From assembly GCA_963753975.1 (NCBI GenBank), contig CAVWEH010000004.1, positions 64,001 to 128,000 of the forward strand: DNA of 64,000 bases, given 5' to 3'. Below the pieces are notes generated by a model, which was given only the letters and a program-made list of their open reading frames with translations, made no database searches and was not told where the DNA came from. The position numbers and the translations under genes are program-made. This stretch comes from an uncultured delta proteobacterium (GTDB lineage: Bacteria > Desulfobacterota > Syntrophia > Syntrophales > Smithellaceae). Shown here piece by piece: positions 55,140 through 64,000 of this stretch; position 1 is the stretch's first letter, and the number at the start of each line of letters is the position of its first letter.

Positions 55140-55163
55140 GATAAAACCTCTACCTCTTCCTTA

Positions 55164-55590
55164 TTAACCAGCTATTTCTATTCCCATTGACCTGGCCGTA
55201 CCGGCGATTATCTTCACGGCGCCTTCAATATTCACGGCATTTAAATCGTTAAATTTTAACTCGGCAATTTCCTGCACCTGCTTGGCTGTAACAGTACCCA
55301 CTTTTTCTCTTTTGGGATCATTGGCGCCTTTGGCAATTTTGGCCGCTTGTTTGAGCAGTACGGATGCTGGCGGCGTTTTGGTTATAAAGGTAAAGGACCT
55401 ATCCGCGTAAACGGTAATCACGACCGGAATAATCATTCCCTCTTGATTTTGCGTCATTGCGTTATACGCCTTGCAAAATTCCATAATGTTGACGCCGTGC
55501 TGTCCCAACGCCGGACCTATCGGCGGTGAAGGAGTTGCTTTGCCCTGCCTTTATCTGTAATTTTATATTTGCAATAACTTTTTTTGCCAT
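55164..55590 (-). CDS. rplK: 50S ribosomal protein L11 (one extra base in the run at 55543-55545)
   Basis: [16 protein letters not shown], then [24 protein letters not shown] in a shifted frame. Confidence 0.96.
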
Positions 55591-55647
55591 ATTGATCACC
55601 CTGATCGATAAATTTTTTAAGTTTCGTTTCGCTGTATTATAGGAATA

Positions 55648-56178
55648 CTAACCTTGCGTTACCTGAATGAAATCCAATTCTACCGGCGTCGGCCGGCCAA
55701 AAATGCTCACGATAACCCGAAGCTTGCTTTTTTCCGGTTTTACTTCGTCAATGACTCCGTCAAAATTAGTAAACGGCCCATCGATAATTTTAACATGATC
55801 ACCGACATCGAATTTAAATTTAGGCTTAGGCTTTAAAGTTCCTTCGTCAATCCTGATTTTTAAATTTTCCACATCCTTGTCTGATATGGGCGAAGGTTTA
55901 TCCTTACTGCCGATAAAACCGGTCACCTTCGGCGTGTTCTTTACAATGTGCCAGGTCTCATCGCTCATTTCCATCCGGACAAGTATATAGCCGGGAAAAA
56001 ACTTGCGTTTGGAAGTTTTCTTTTCTCCGGAAATCAATTCCACGACATCTTCCTCAGGGATAAGAATATCCGAAAAATACTCCTGCGCGCCGGCCATTTC
56101 GATTCTTTCCTGCAGGCTCATTTTTACTTTGTTTTCATATCCGGAATAGGTGTGAACAACGTACCATTTAAAGGCCAT
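55648..56178 (-). CDS. nusG: transcription termination/antitermination factor NusG
   Basis: WYVVHTYSGYE, FFPGYILV and SIFGRPTPVEL. Confidence 0.99.
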   Translation of the reverse strand: MAFKWYVVHTYSGYENKVKMSLQERIEMAGAQEYFSDILIPEEDVVELISGEKKTSKRKFFPGYILVRMEMSDETWHIVKNTPKVTGFIGSKDKPSPISDKDVENLKIRIDEGTLKPKPKFKFDVGDHVKIIDGPFTNFDGVIDEVKPEKSKLRVIVSIFGRPTPVELDFIQVTQG

Positions 56179-56182
56179 TTGG

Positions 56183-56386
56183 CTAACCTAAAATATATTT
56201 AACGAGTTTAGCAAGAACGTAATCAACTACACCAAGATAAATCGCTACAATAAAAACAATAATAATAACTACTGAAGTAGAAGCCAGGGTCTGTTTAGGG
56301 GTCGGCCAGGTAACCTTCTTCAGCTCCGTCTTAGCTTCGCTTACGAATTGCATTATTTTTTGCAATATTCTTTTGATCTGTTCCAT
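56183..56386 (-). CDS. secE: protein translocase subunit SecE
   Basis: ELKKVTWPT followed by a TM helix. Confidence 0.95.
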   Translation of the reverse strand: MEQIKRILQKIMQFVSEAKTELKKVTWPTPKQTLASTSVVIIIVFIVAIYLGVVDYVLAKLVKYILG

Positions 56387-56414
56387 ATCTTTAAAATCCT
56401 TATGCCAAAAGAAA

Positions 56415-56491
56415 TGGCAGGCCAGGAGGGACTTGAACCCCCAGCATCCGGATTTGGAGTCCGGCGCTCTATCCATTAGAGCTACTGGCCT
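56415..56491 (-). tRNA. tRNA-Trp (CCA)
   Basis: Cloverleaf; anticodon arm CCGGA-CT-CCA-AA-TCCGG; CCA end encoded. Confidence 0.97.
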
Positions 56492-56504
56492 ATGCCCATA
56501 TCCG

Positions 56505-56654
56505 CTATTTTGTTTCCCTGTGCAGCTTATGCCCCCGGCAAAACTTGCAGTATTTTTTCATCTCCAGACGGTTCTGGATGGTGCGCTTATTTTTCGTCGT
56601 AACGTAATTCCTTTGCTTGCATTCCGTGCAAGCCAATATAATATTACTCCTCAT
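56505..56654 (-). CDS. rpmG: 50S ribosomal protein L33
   Basis: [18 protein letters not shown]...KKYCKFCR...HRETK. Confidence 0.97.
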   Translation of the reverse strand: MRSNIILACTECKQRNYVTTKNKRTIQNRLEMKKYCKFCRGHKLHRETK

Positions 56655-56666
56655 AACTCTCCTTAC

Positions 56667-56742
56667 TGGAGCCCACGACCAGGATTGAACTGGTGACCTC
56701 ATCCTTACCAAGGATGTGCTCTACCAACTGAGCTACGTGGGC
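56667..56742 (-). tRNA. tRNA-Thr (GGT)
   Basis: Anticodon arm CATCC-TT-GGT-AA-GGATG; CCA end. Confidence 0.97.
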
Positions 56743-56781
56743 GCAATCTCTTAGACTTTTGCCCGTATTTTATGAAATACT

Positions 56782-56857
56782 TGGAGCGGGAAACGGGATT
56801 CGAACCCGCGACCCTCAGCTTGGAAGGCTGACGCTCTAGCCACTGAGCTACTCCCGC
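56782..56857 (-). tRNA. tRNA-Gly (TCC)
   Basis: Anticodon arm TCAGC-CT-TCC-AA-GCTGA; CCA end. Confidence 0.97.
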
Positions 56858-56879
56858 TTATCCAGCTTCAAAAAATCCT

Positions 56880-56964
56880 TGGTGGAGGGGGGAGGATTCG
56901 AACCTCCGTAGGCTCCGCCGGCAGATTTACAGTCTGCTCCCTTTGGCCGCTCGGGAACCCCTCC
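56880..56964 (-). tRNA. tRNA-Tyr (GTA)
   Basis: Anticodon arm GCAGA-CT-GTA-AA-TCTGC; long variable arm; CCA end. Confidence 0.97.
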
Positions 56965-56981
56965 AGTATGTAATAGCCAAC

Positions 56982-57057
56982 TGGAGCTGGCGATGGGACT
57001 CGAACCCGCAACCTGCTGATTACAAATCAGCTGCTCTACCGATTGAGCTACGCCAGC
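56982..57057 (-). tRNA. tRNA-Thr (TGT)
   Basis: Anticodon arm GCTGA-TT-TGT-AA-TCAGC; CCA end. Confidence 0.97.
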
Positions 57058-57143
57058 AAATCCCACCTTAAATTCTCTTAAATATTAAGACCTTATGCTC
57101 ATAAACGCAAAAGCGCAAGAATACACCCCTAAGCGAATTGCCG

Positions 57144-57172
57144 AATCTAATTTTTATGGCTGCTTTTGTCAA
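57144..57172 (-). promoter_or_regulatory. sigma70 promoter of the tRNA-rpmG-secE cluster
   Basis: TTGACA-17 bp-TAGATT. Confidence 0.65.
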
Positions 57173-57279
57173 GCAAATTTTTAAAAAATCTTATAGATAG
57201 GCGTGAAATCCGGGCTGGCTGGTGGGATGCGCGAAAGTTTCTTTCCCAACATTTCTTATGGAAGGCGTTTTTTTGTGGT

Positions 57280-57428
57280 CCATAACGCAACGATCAGTTG
57301 CCAACTGCCGAGACAATGCTTGCTGGTTGAACGCCGCCGCTCGAAGGAGTATTGATGTAAAACATTTGGTCGGTAGAGCCTGCTGCTTGCTAGCACTGCA
57401 GCTGGTCAACTGCATGGTAATGTTATGC
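57280..57428 (-). mobile_element. integron attC site (long, 149 bp) closing cassette 2
   Basis: Minus strand GCATAAC...ATGCAGTTG...CAACTGAT...GTTATGG; its R'' GCATAAC is the exact complement of the GTTATGC that opens the cassette. Confidence 0.72.
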
Positions 57429-58359
57429 CTCTTCTTCTCTTCCTCTGACTTTTATTAAATAAAGGAGCGCAACATTTTGCACCCATAATAAGATTTGTAT
57501 TCATATTCGGTCCTGTAGACATAATTATTTGCTCATTTCGGGCAAGTTCTCCAAAGAAGAACGAAGAAGTAACCCCACCGTCCATCAGTATATCGCTGCC
57601 GGTGATAAACGCACCATCAGGCCCCATGAGAAGTGATGCGACATTGGCAACCTCATCAGAAGTGCCTGCTCTCCCAACAGGGCAACCCTCAATCATGTGG
57701 CGGTACCCTTCTCCACGAGGACCCGTTAGTTCATCTTTTGCGAGTGGAGTAATAATAATACCTGGACTGATTGTATTGATCCGAGCGCCTCGCTTACCCC
57801 ATCTAACGGCTTCTGCCATTACTCGTAAAACGTTTCCACGTTTTGAGAGTTGATAAGCGTGCAAAGTATCCCTCACTTGATCCGGCTGGAGCATTGGAAG
57901 CGATAAAAGCTGATCGGCAGGCGTTGTCGCAAGAAGCCTATTTTGTTCATCCGTGAGAGCACCCAAACGATGCCCCGATTGGGATGCAATCACTACGCCG
58001 GAACCTCCACGTGCAATGACGTTTCCAAATACTTCAAGTACGAGGGCTGTGCCATACATATCCACTTTCAAAATCGCAGCTACTGGAGCTTGCGAGGGCG
58101 AAACGCCGGCCGCGTGAATAACCCCTGTCACATCGCCAATGCCGGTGGCCTTGTTAGCAAGACTCTCAACTGCTCTGCGCAAGGATACATCGATTGTCGC
58201 AGTGCTGACCTTAAATCCGGCGTTACTTAAAACTACAGCTGCCGCGTCCGCATTTTCTTGCCGTAAATCAGCGAGTAGAATGTGCTTTCCGGCACTCACT
58301 CTTCTTGCGATTGCGACACCTATTGATCCAGAACCAATTAGTACAGTGACACTTTCCAT
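57406..58359 (-). CDS. SDR-family oxidoreductase (gene cassette 2)
   Basis: IGSGSIG, HAAGVSP, YQLSK (YxxxK), INTISPG and FITGSDILMDGG; GGAGG RBS; C-terminal extension runs into attC. Confidence 0.9.
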   Translation of the reverse strand: MESVTVLIGSGSIGVAIARRVSAGKHILLADLRQENADAAAVVLSNAGFKVSTATIDVSLRRAVESLANKATGIGDVTGVIHAAGVSPSQAPVAAILKVDMYGTALVLEVFGNVIARGGSGVVIASQSGHRLGALTDEQNRLLATTPADQLLSLPMLQPDQVRDTLHAYQLSKRGNVLRVMAEAVRWGKRGARINTISPGIIITPLAKDELTGPRGEGYRHMIEGCPVGRAGTSDEVANVASLLMGPDGAFITGSDILMDGGVTSSFFFGELARNEQIIMSTGPNMNTNLIMGAKCCAPLFNKSQRKRRRGITLPCS

Positions 58360-58444
58360 AAGAACCTCCAAGGCAAATGACTTTTGAAACTTGCGGCCCA
58401 ACTGGTCAAATAATGTAATAAACCATCTTTGGTTTTCTCAAGGG

Positions 58445-58500
58445 GCATAACGAAGAAATCAGCCGGAGCGTAGCGATCGGCTGTATTGATTTTGTTATGT
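58445..58500 (-). mobile_element. integron attC site (56 bp) closing cassette 1
   Basis: Minus strand ACATAACAAAATCAATACAGCCGATCGCTACGCTCCGGCTGATTTCTTCGTTATGC: AAC/GTT cores and an imperfect L-box stem. Confidence 0.88.
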
Positions 58501-58557
58501 GTTTATATAAATATGTTTTTCATATAATAATGAGCAGAGTACTTGGGGATAATATTT

Positions 58558-59025
58558 TCATTTCTTTCTGCTATAGGTTGGGTTACATAGAACCCCTCCC
58601 GTACCAATGGTTTGCTCTCGTGAGAATAACCATTTACCTTCATTTTCTTTTGCAATAATCCAATCTCCGGCACATGCATATTTGCTAAGGTCAGAAAAGC
58701 CATACCTGCGTAAAGTTCCGCAAAAGGGACAATTAAGTATATTGAATTGTACGATGTCAGAATTGTCTTGAATAACGTTTATGTCATAGAGTCTCTTAAA
58801 TAATGAATAATTTCTCTTTACTCTTTCTCTAAAGTAATCAAATTGATCAGGTGAAGCTATAATAGGAATTGCCAAACCGACAGTATTCTTCGCAACTCGT
58901 GTAAGCCGCTTGCCCACCATACTTACCGCTTTTGATCTTCCCTTAAATAAGGAAAGAACGAGCACAGTGAGCATAAACGGTGTCATTATCAAATGGCCTA
59001 TTATTGTTCTATAGATATTCTTCAT
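58558..59025 (-). CDS. L-2-amino-thiazoline-4-carboxylate hydrolase-like (ATC hydrolase/V4R-like) protein (gene cassette 1)
   Basis: FNILNCPFCGTLRRYG...ACAGD...FSREQTIGTGGVLC Cys pattern; AT-rich; starts about 10 nt after a GTTATGT core. Confidence 0.65.
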   Translation of the reverse strand: MKNIYRTIIGHLIMTPFMLTVLVLSLFKGRSKAVSMVGKRLTRVAKNTVGLAIPIIASPDQFDYFRERVKRNYSLFKRLYDINVIQDNSDIVQFNILNCPFCGTLRRYGFSDLSKYACAGDWIIAKENEGKWLFSREQTIGTGGVLCNPTYSRKK

Positions 59026-59034
59026 ATTTCTTGC

Positions 59035-59068
59035 ACATAACAATGTTTATACAGTCTGTATAAATCGG
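59035..59068 (-). mobile_element. attI-like recombination site
   Basis: GTTATGT core (59041-59035) complementary to the R'' of the first attC, preceded by the palindrome TTTATACAG-A-CTGTATAAA just after the intI stop. Confidence 0.55.
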
Positions 59069-59203
59069 TTAAAGGCCGTCAAAAGGACTTCGCATACCGT
59101 GGCCTCCTTTGTTTAAAACATGGGTATAAATCATTGTCGTTTTCAAATCTTTATGGCCAAAAAGTTCCTGCACTGTTCGTATATCATATCCGTCTTTAAG
59201 CAG
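59069..59203 (-). pseudogene. intI: integron integrase 3' fragment (last 44 codons)
   Basis: [44 protein letters not shown] is the characteristic IntI C-terminus; the upstream part is absent. Confidence 0.88.
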
Positions 59204-59267
59204 GAAAGGATTTTTAGGCAACATCGTTTTCACCAATAAGACATTTTTACGGCATTGAAAAAATATT

Positions 59268-59296
59268 TTGACAATATTTAATTTTTGCATTAGGAT
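59268..59296 (+). promoter_or_regulatory. sigma70 promoter of the leu operon
   Basis: TTGACA-17 bp-TAGGAT. Confidence 0.65.
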
Positions 59297-59330
59297 ATCA
59301 TAACTTTTTTAAATGAAGGCTGTAAAAACG

Positions 59331-59450
59331 ATGTCGGACATAGCGAGAAACCAGAATTTAGCAATCAATATTCTGCCCCTGCTTTTGGGTCTCGCCCTGT
59401 TGCGCCTTTTACTTAGGGCTCGCCGCTCATCGTTTTTAGGTCGTCACTAG
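59331..59450 (+). CDS. leu operon leader peptide MSDIARNQNLAINILPLLLGLALLRLLLRARRSSFLGRH
   Basis: 12 Leu in 39 aa, followed by a terminator and upstream of leuA; an in-frame ATG is also present at 59313. Confidence 0.75.
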   Translation: MSDIARNQNLAINILPLLLGLALLRLLLRARRSSFLGRH

Positions 59451-59474
59451 TACTATAAACATAACTGATTACCT

Positions 59475-59512
59475 AAAAGGCCGTGGGCGGAAAAGCCCAC
59501 GGCCTTTTTTTT
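59475..59512 (+). terminator. attenuator terminator of the leu leader
   Basis: AAAAGGCCGTGGGC-GGAAAA-GCCCACGGCC-T8 perfect stem. Confidence 0.9.
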
Positions 59513-59666
59513 GTTCGTGAAACTAAATTTTTACAAGCAATGGCGAAGTAAAAATTATAAGTTGAACGAATCCCGATAGCGCAGCGTATCGGGATAAATG
59601 AGTTTAATGCTAAGCAGCTTAAGAAAGTTTTCTAATATTCGAGTCTCATGAAAAGGAGAAGGCATT

Positions 59667-61211
<1,545 letters not shown>

Positions 61212-61263
61212 ACATAAGAAATAAGATAAATAATTTTATTCGATAACCTATCAAGGATAAAGC

Positions 61264-62526
61264 ATGGGTAACACCATAACAGAAAAGATATTAATGGCGC
61301 ATACCGACCTGAAAGAAATCTCTGCCGGTCAGTTGATTAATGCGAAAGTGGATATAGCTTTAGGTAACGATATTACCGCGCCTATTGCCATTAAAGAATT
61401 CCGGAAAGCCGGCGGAAAAAAGGTTTTTGACAAAAATAAGGTCGTCCTTGTTCTGGATCATTTCACGCCGAATAAAGACATCAGCTCCGCCCAGCAATGC
61501 AAGGCTGTACGCGAATTTGCCCGCGACCAGGAAGTAGACACATTTTTTTGAGGCCGGGCAAGTGGGTATCGAGCATGCGCTTGCTTGCCGGAAAAGGGCA
61601 TCGTGCTTCCCGGAGATTTGGTCATCGGGGCAGACAGCCACACCTGCACTTACGGCGCACTGGGCGCTTTTGCCACCGGTGTCGGCAGTACGGATCTGGC
61701 CGCCGTTATGCTCACCGGCGAGCTCTGGTTCAAAGTGCCGCCGTCGATGAAATTCATAATTTTCGGTTCTCTACAAAAATGGGTTTCGGGAAAAGATTTG
61801 ATTTTGAACATCATCGGACGCATCGGTGTGGATGGAGCACTCTACAAGGCGATGGAGTTTGCAGGCGAGACAATCGGCAGATTGCCGATGGCCGATAGGC
61901 TCTCTATGGCCAACATGGTTATCGAGGCCGGAGCCAAAAACGGCATTTTCGTTCCCGATGCTATCACCAAAGAATATGTGAAAAAAAGGGCAAAGCGCGA
62001 TTACAAGTTTTACGCCTCGGATGCCGATGCTGTCTATTCCGAGACGGTCGAAATCGATGCCGGCAAGATTGAGCCGCAGGTGGCTTTTCCGCATCTGCCC
62101 TCAAACGTAAAAGGCATAAGTAAAGCGGGTAATGTAAAAATAGATCAGGCGCTCATCGGCTCCTGTACCAACGGACGGATTGAAGATTTAAGAATTGCCG
62201 CCTCTATTCTAAAAAAACGTAAGGCGGCATCATCGGTAAGGTTAATCGTTGTTCCGGCAACTCCGGATATCTATAAGCAAGCAATAAAGGAAGGGCTCAT
62301 CGAAATCTTCCTGAATGCCGATGCGGTCATCAGCCCACCTTCCTGCGGCGCCTGTCTGGGAGGGCATCTGGGGGTTCTCGCGGAAGGCGAACGGGCTGTG
62401 GCGACAACAAACCGTAACTTTGTCGGCCGTATGGGGCATCCCAAAAGTGAAGTCTATTTGGCCGGCCCCGCCGTTGCGGCTGCTTCTGCCATACTGGGTA
62501 GGATTGCTTCACCGGAAGAACTTTAA
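61264..62526 (+). CDS. leuC: 3-isopropylmalate dehydratase large subunit (three extra bases at ~61542-61587)
   Basis: [32 protein letters not shown] and [10 protein letters not shown]. Confidence 0.93.
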
Positions 62527-62538
62527 AAAGGTACCAGC

Positions 62539-62605
62539 CCAACGCTGCTTCGCGCGTTGGATAATTCAACTAACCAATCCCGATGCGCTTCGCTTTCGCG
62601 ATTGG
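62539..62605. repeat. REP-like hairpin pair between leuC and leuD
   Basis: CCAACGC-TGCTTCGC-GCGTTGG-ATAATT then CCAATCCCGA...TCGCGATTGG; similar units at 59570-59595, 63258-63311 and 63464-63478. Confidence 0.55.
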
Positions 62606-62626
62606 AGTTTCATTAAGGATTTTTAT

Positions 62627-63130
62627 ATGATACTTAAAGGAAGAGTCTGGAAATTCGGAGATAATATTGACACCGACGCCATCATTCCCGCGCGCTATCT
62701 GACAACTTCCGATCCGCAGGAGCTGGCCAAACACTGCATGGAAGATGCCGATCCTGCTTTTATCAAGAAAATAAAGCCCGGAGATATAATTGTCGGCGGA
62801 GAAAACTTCGGCTGCGGATCTTCGCGCGAACACGCGCCCATCGCCGTTAAGGCGGCGGGCATTTCCTGCGTGGTGGCGAAAAGTTTCGCCCGCATTTTTT
62901 ACCGCAATGCCTTTAATATGGGTCTGCCGATTTTCGAATCCCGCGAACTGGGCGATGTGATTTGCGACGGCGATGAAATATCCGTGGACAGCGTCAAAGG
63001 AGCTATCACAACTACCAAAGGAAATAAAATATTCAGCAGCAATTCAATTCCTCCCTTCATGGAGCAATTAATTGCCGACGGCGGTTTGATGAAGCATATC
63101 GGGAAGAAGAGGAATAAATCACGGGTATGA
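62627..63130 (+). CDS. leuD: 3-isopropylmalate dehydratase small subunit
   Basis: FGDNIDTDAIIPARYL, NFGCGSSREHA and SFARIFYRN. Confidence 0.96.
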   Translation: MILKGRVWKFGDNIDTDAIIPARYLTTSDPQELAKHCMEDADPAFIKKIKPGDIIVGGENFGCGSSREHAPIAVKAAGISCVVAKSFARIFYRNAFNMGLPIFESRELGDVICDGDEISVDSVKGAITTTKGNKIFSSNSIPPFMEQLIADGGLMKHIGKKRNKSRV

Positions 63131-63169
63131 AACCAAAACAAGCTTTGAAAACATTTTACAGCAAGCTCA

Positions 63170-63360
63170 CGGGTATCATACCCTACGCTTCGCGGGATTG
63201 TTCAACCTGCAAGTTTCAGCGCACTTTGTTTCTGAAACTTGGGTCTCATTATAATAGTCCCACGTAGCTTCGCACGTGGGATAATTTCCAATCCCGATAT
63301 ATCGGGATTGGATAATTCGGCTAAAAGACTTCAAGGCACCTATAGTGACCTTTAGGTTAT
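63170..63360 (+). repeat. dispersed intergenic repeat, copy 2, with inserted hairpins
   Basis: Same blocks as 27642-27767, plus CCCACGT/ACGTGGG and CCAATCCCGAT-AT-ATCGGGATTGG palindromes. Confidence 0.7.
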
Positions 63361-63513
63361 TTGCTTTTGAAGTTTTAGTCTCAGTACAGCTAACAGATAT
63401 TACTGTGCTGCGTTTGTGGAGTCCCCCCTGGAAGGAGCCGAAGGCTCTTTTCACAAACGCGACATCCCGCGACGGGATAATATCTGAGTTTCATTAGAAT
63501 TGGAGTTTCAACA

Positions 63514-64000
63514 ATGAAACCAAAAGATTTTAAAATAGCCGTTTTTGCCGGTGACGGAGTCGGCCCGGAAATAATAAAAGAAGCTTTAAAAATTTTGCGA
63601 TTGATCTCCTCTAAAAGAAATATTAATCTGATACTTACAGAAGGATATATCGGCGGCAGCGCCTTTGATCTTTTCGGCGTTCCTCTGCCTGAGCAGAGTC
63701 TTGATCTGGCCATGCATTGCGATGCGATTTTGCTCGGAGCCGTAGGCGGCCCTAAGTGGGAGACTCTTGATTACAGCTTAAGGCCGGAACGAGCGCTTTT
63801 AGGATTGCGCGAGAAACTGGGACTTTTTGCCAATTTGCGGCCGGTTGTCGCCTTTGATGAGCTTTTGGATGCCTCTCCTTTGAAGAAAAATATCATCCGG
63901 GGCATTGATATTATGATTGTCCGCGAATTGACCGGCGATGTTTATTTCGGTCAGCCGCGCGGCATCTTGAAGGGAAAAGAAGGCAGACGTACAGGCATCA
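63514..64000 (+). CDS. leuB: 3-isopropylmalate dehydrogenase (5' part, runs off the window)
   Basis: IAVFAGDGVGPEI, LLGAVGGPKW, LFANLRP and IVRELTGDVYFG. Confidence 0.95.
   Translation, partial: MKPKDFKIAVFAGDGVGPEIIKEALKILRLISSKRNINLILTEGYIGGSAFDLFGVPLPEQSLDLAMHCDAILLGAVGGPKWETLDYSLRPERALLGLREKLGLFANLRPVVAFDELLDASPLKKNIIRGIDIMIVRELTGDVYFGQPRGILKGKEGRRTGI

Noticed and set aside
44613..55590. Programmed ribosomal frameshifting in rpsL, rplA or rplK
   Set aside because: No slippery heptamers or stimulatory structures seen; the same insertion pattern affects unrelated genes
56387..57066. ORF-track N-terminal extensions of secE and rpmG, and ORF 56848-57066
   Set aside because: They read through tRNA genes
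59046..59064. LexA/SOS box at the integron palindrome
   Set aside because: Arms are ACAG-N-CTGT, the reverse of CTGT-N8-ACAG, and the site is 3' of intI
59204..59290. N-terminal 29 codons of the 73-aa intI ORF
   Set aside because: Not integrase-like; this is the AT-rich leu promoter read on the opposite strand
56982..59290. Prophage or genomic island integrated at the tRNA cluster
   Set aside because: No duplicated tRNA 3' end; the accessory DNA lies upstream of the tRNA promoter and is explained by the integron
62315..62626. N-terminal extension of leuD in the ORF track
   Set aside because: Overlaps leuC and the intergenic hairpins; LeuD homology begins at ATG 62627
63170..63510. CRISPR array
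   Set aside because: The hairpins are heterogeneous, lack regular repeat-spacer periodicity, and there are no cas genes in the window

Overview
This is a bacterial chromosomal window; gene content and protein style suggest an anaerobic deltaproteobacterium, possibly Syntrophales/Smithella-like (inference only). From left to right: cysS, argC, rpsI-rplM, lptD, folC and a cyclic-nucleotide phosphodiesterase; an accessory patch (orphan gene, ~210-nt palindrome, DUF169, DUF72, and an NHEJ locus with two Ku genes and a split LigD); phoB-pstSCAB-phoU-phoR; and a divergent four-gene operon. That operon encodes an 827-aa protein with glutamine-synthetase/GCS2-like motifs, a phosphatidylserine-decarboxylase-family enzyme, a DksA/TraR protein and a divergent Lgt-family membrane protein. 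It is preceded by a Pho box nearly identical to the one in front of pstS, and is the best candidate for an undescribed system (possibly phosphate-starvation lipid remodelling). Next comes the large ribosomal protein/RNA polymerase cluster (rplQ to rpmG), with no adk, no fusA and no tuf copy next to the tRNAs, and five tRNAs. A relic integron follows (intI 3' fragment co-oriented with its cassettes, attI-like site, two cassettes with matching attC cores), then the leuACDB operon with a Leu-rich leader peptide and attenuator. Several genes, including essential ones, carry extra single bases (+1 shifts) that look like sequencing or assembly errors.
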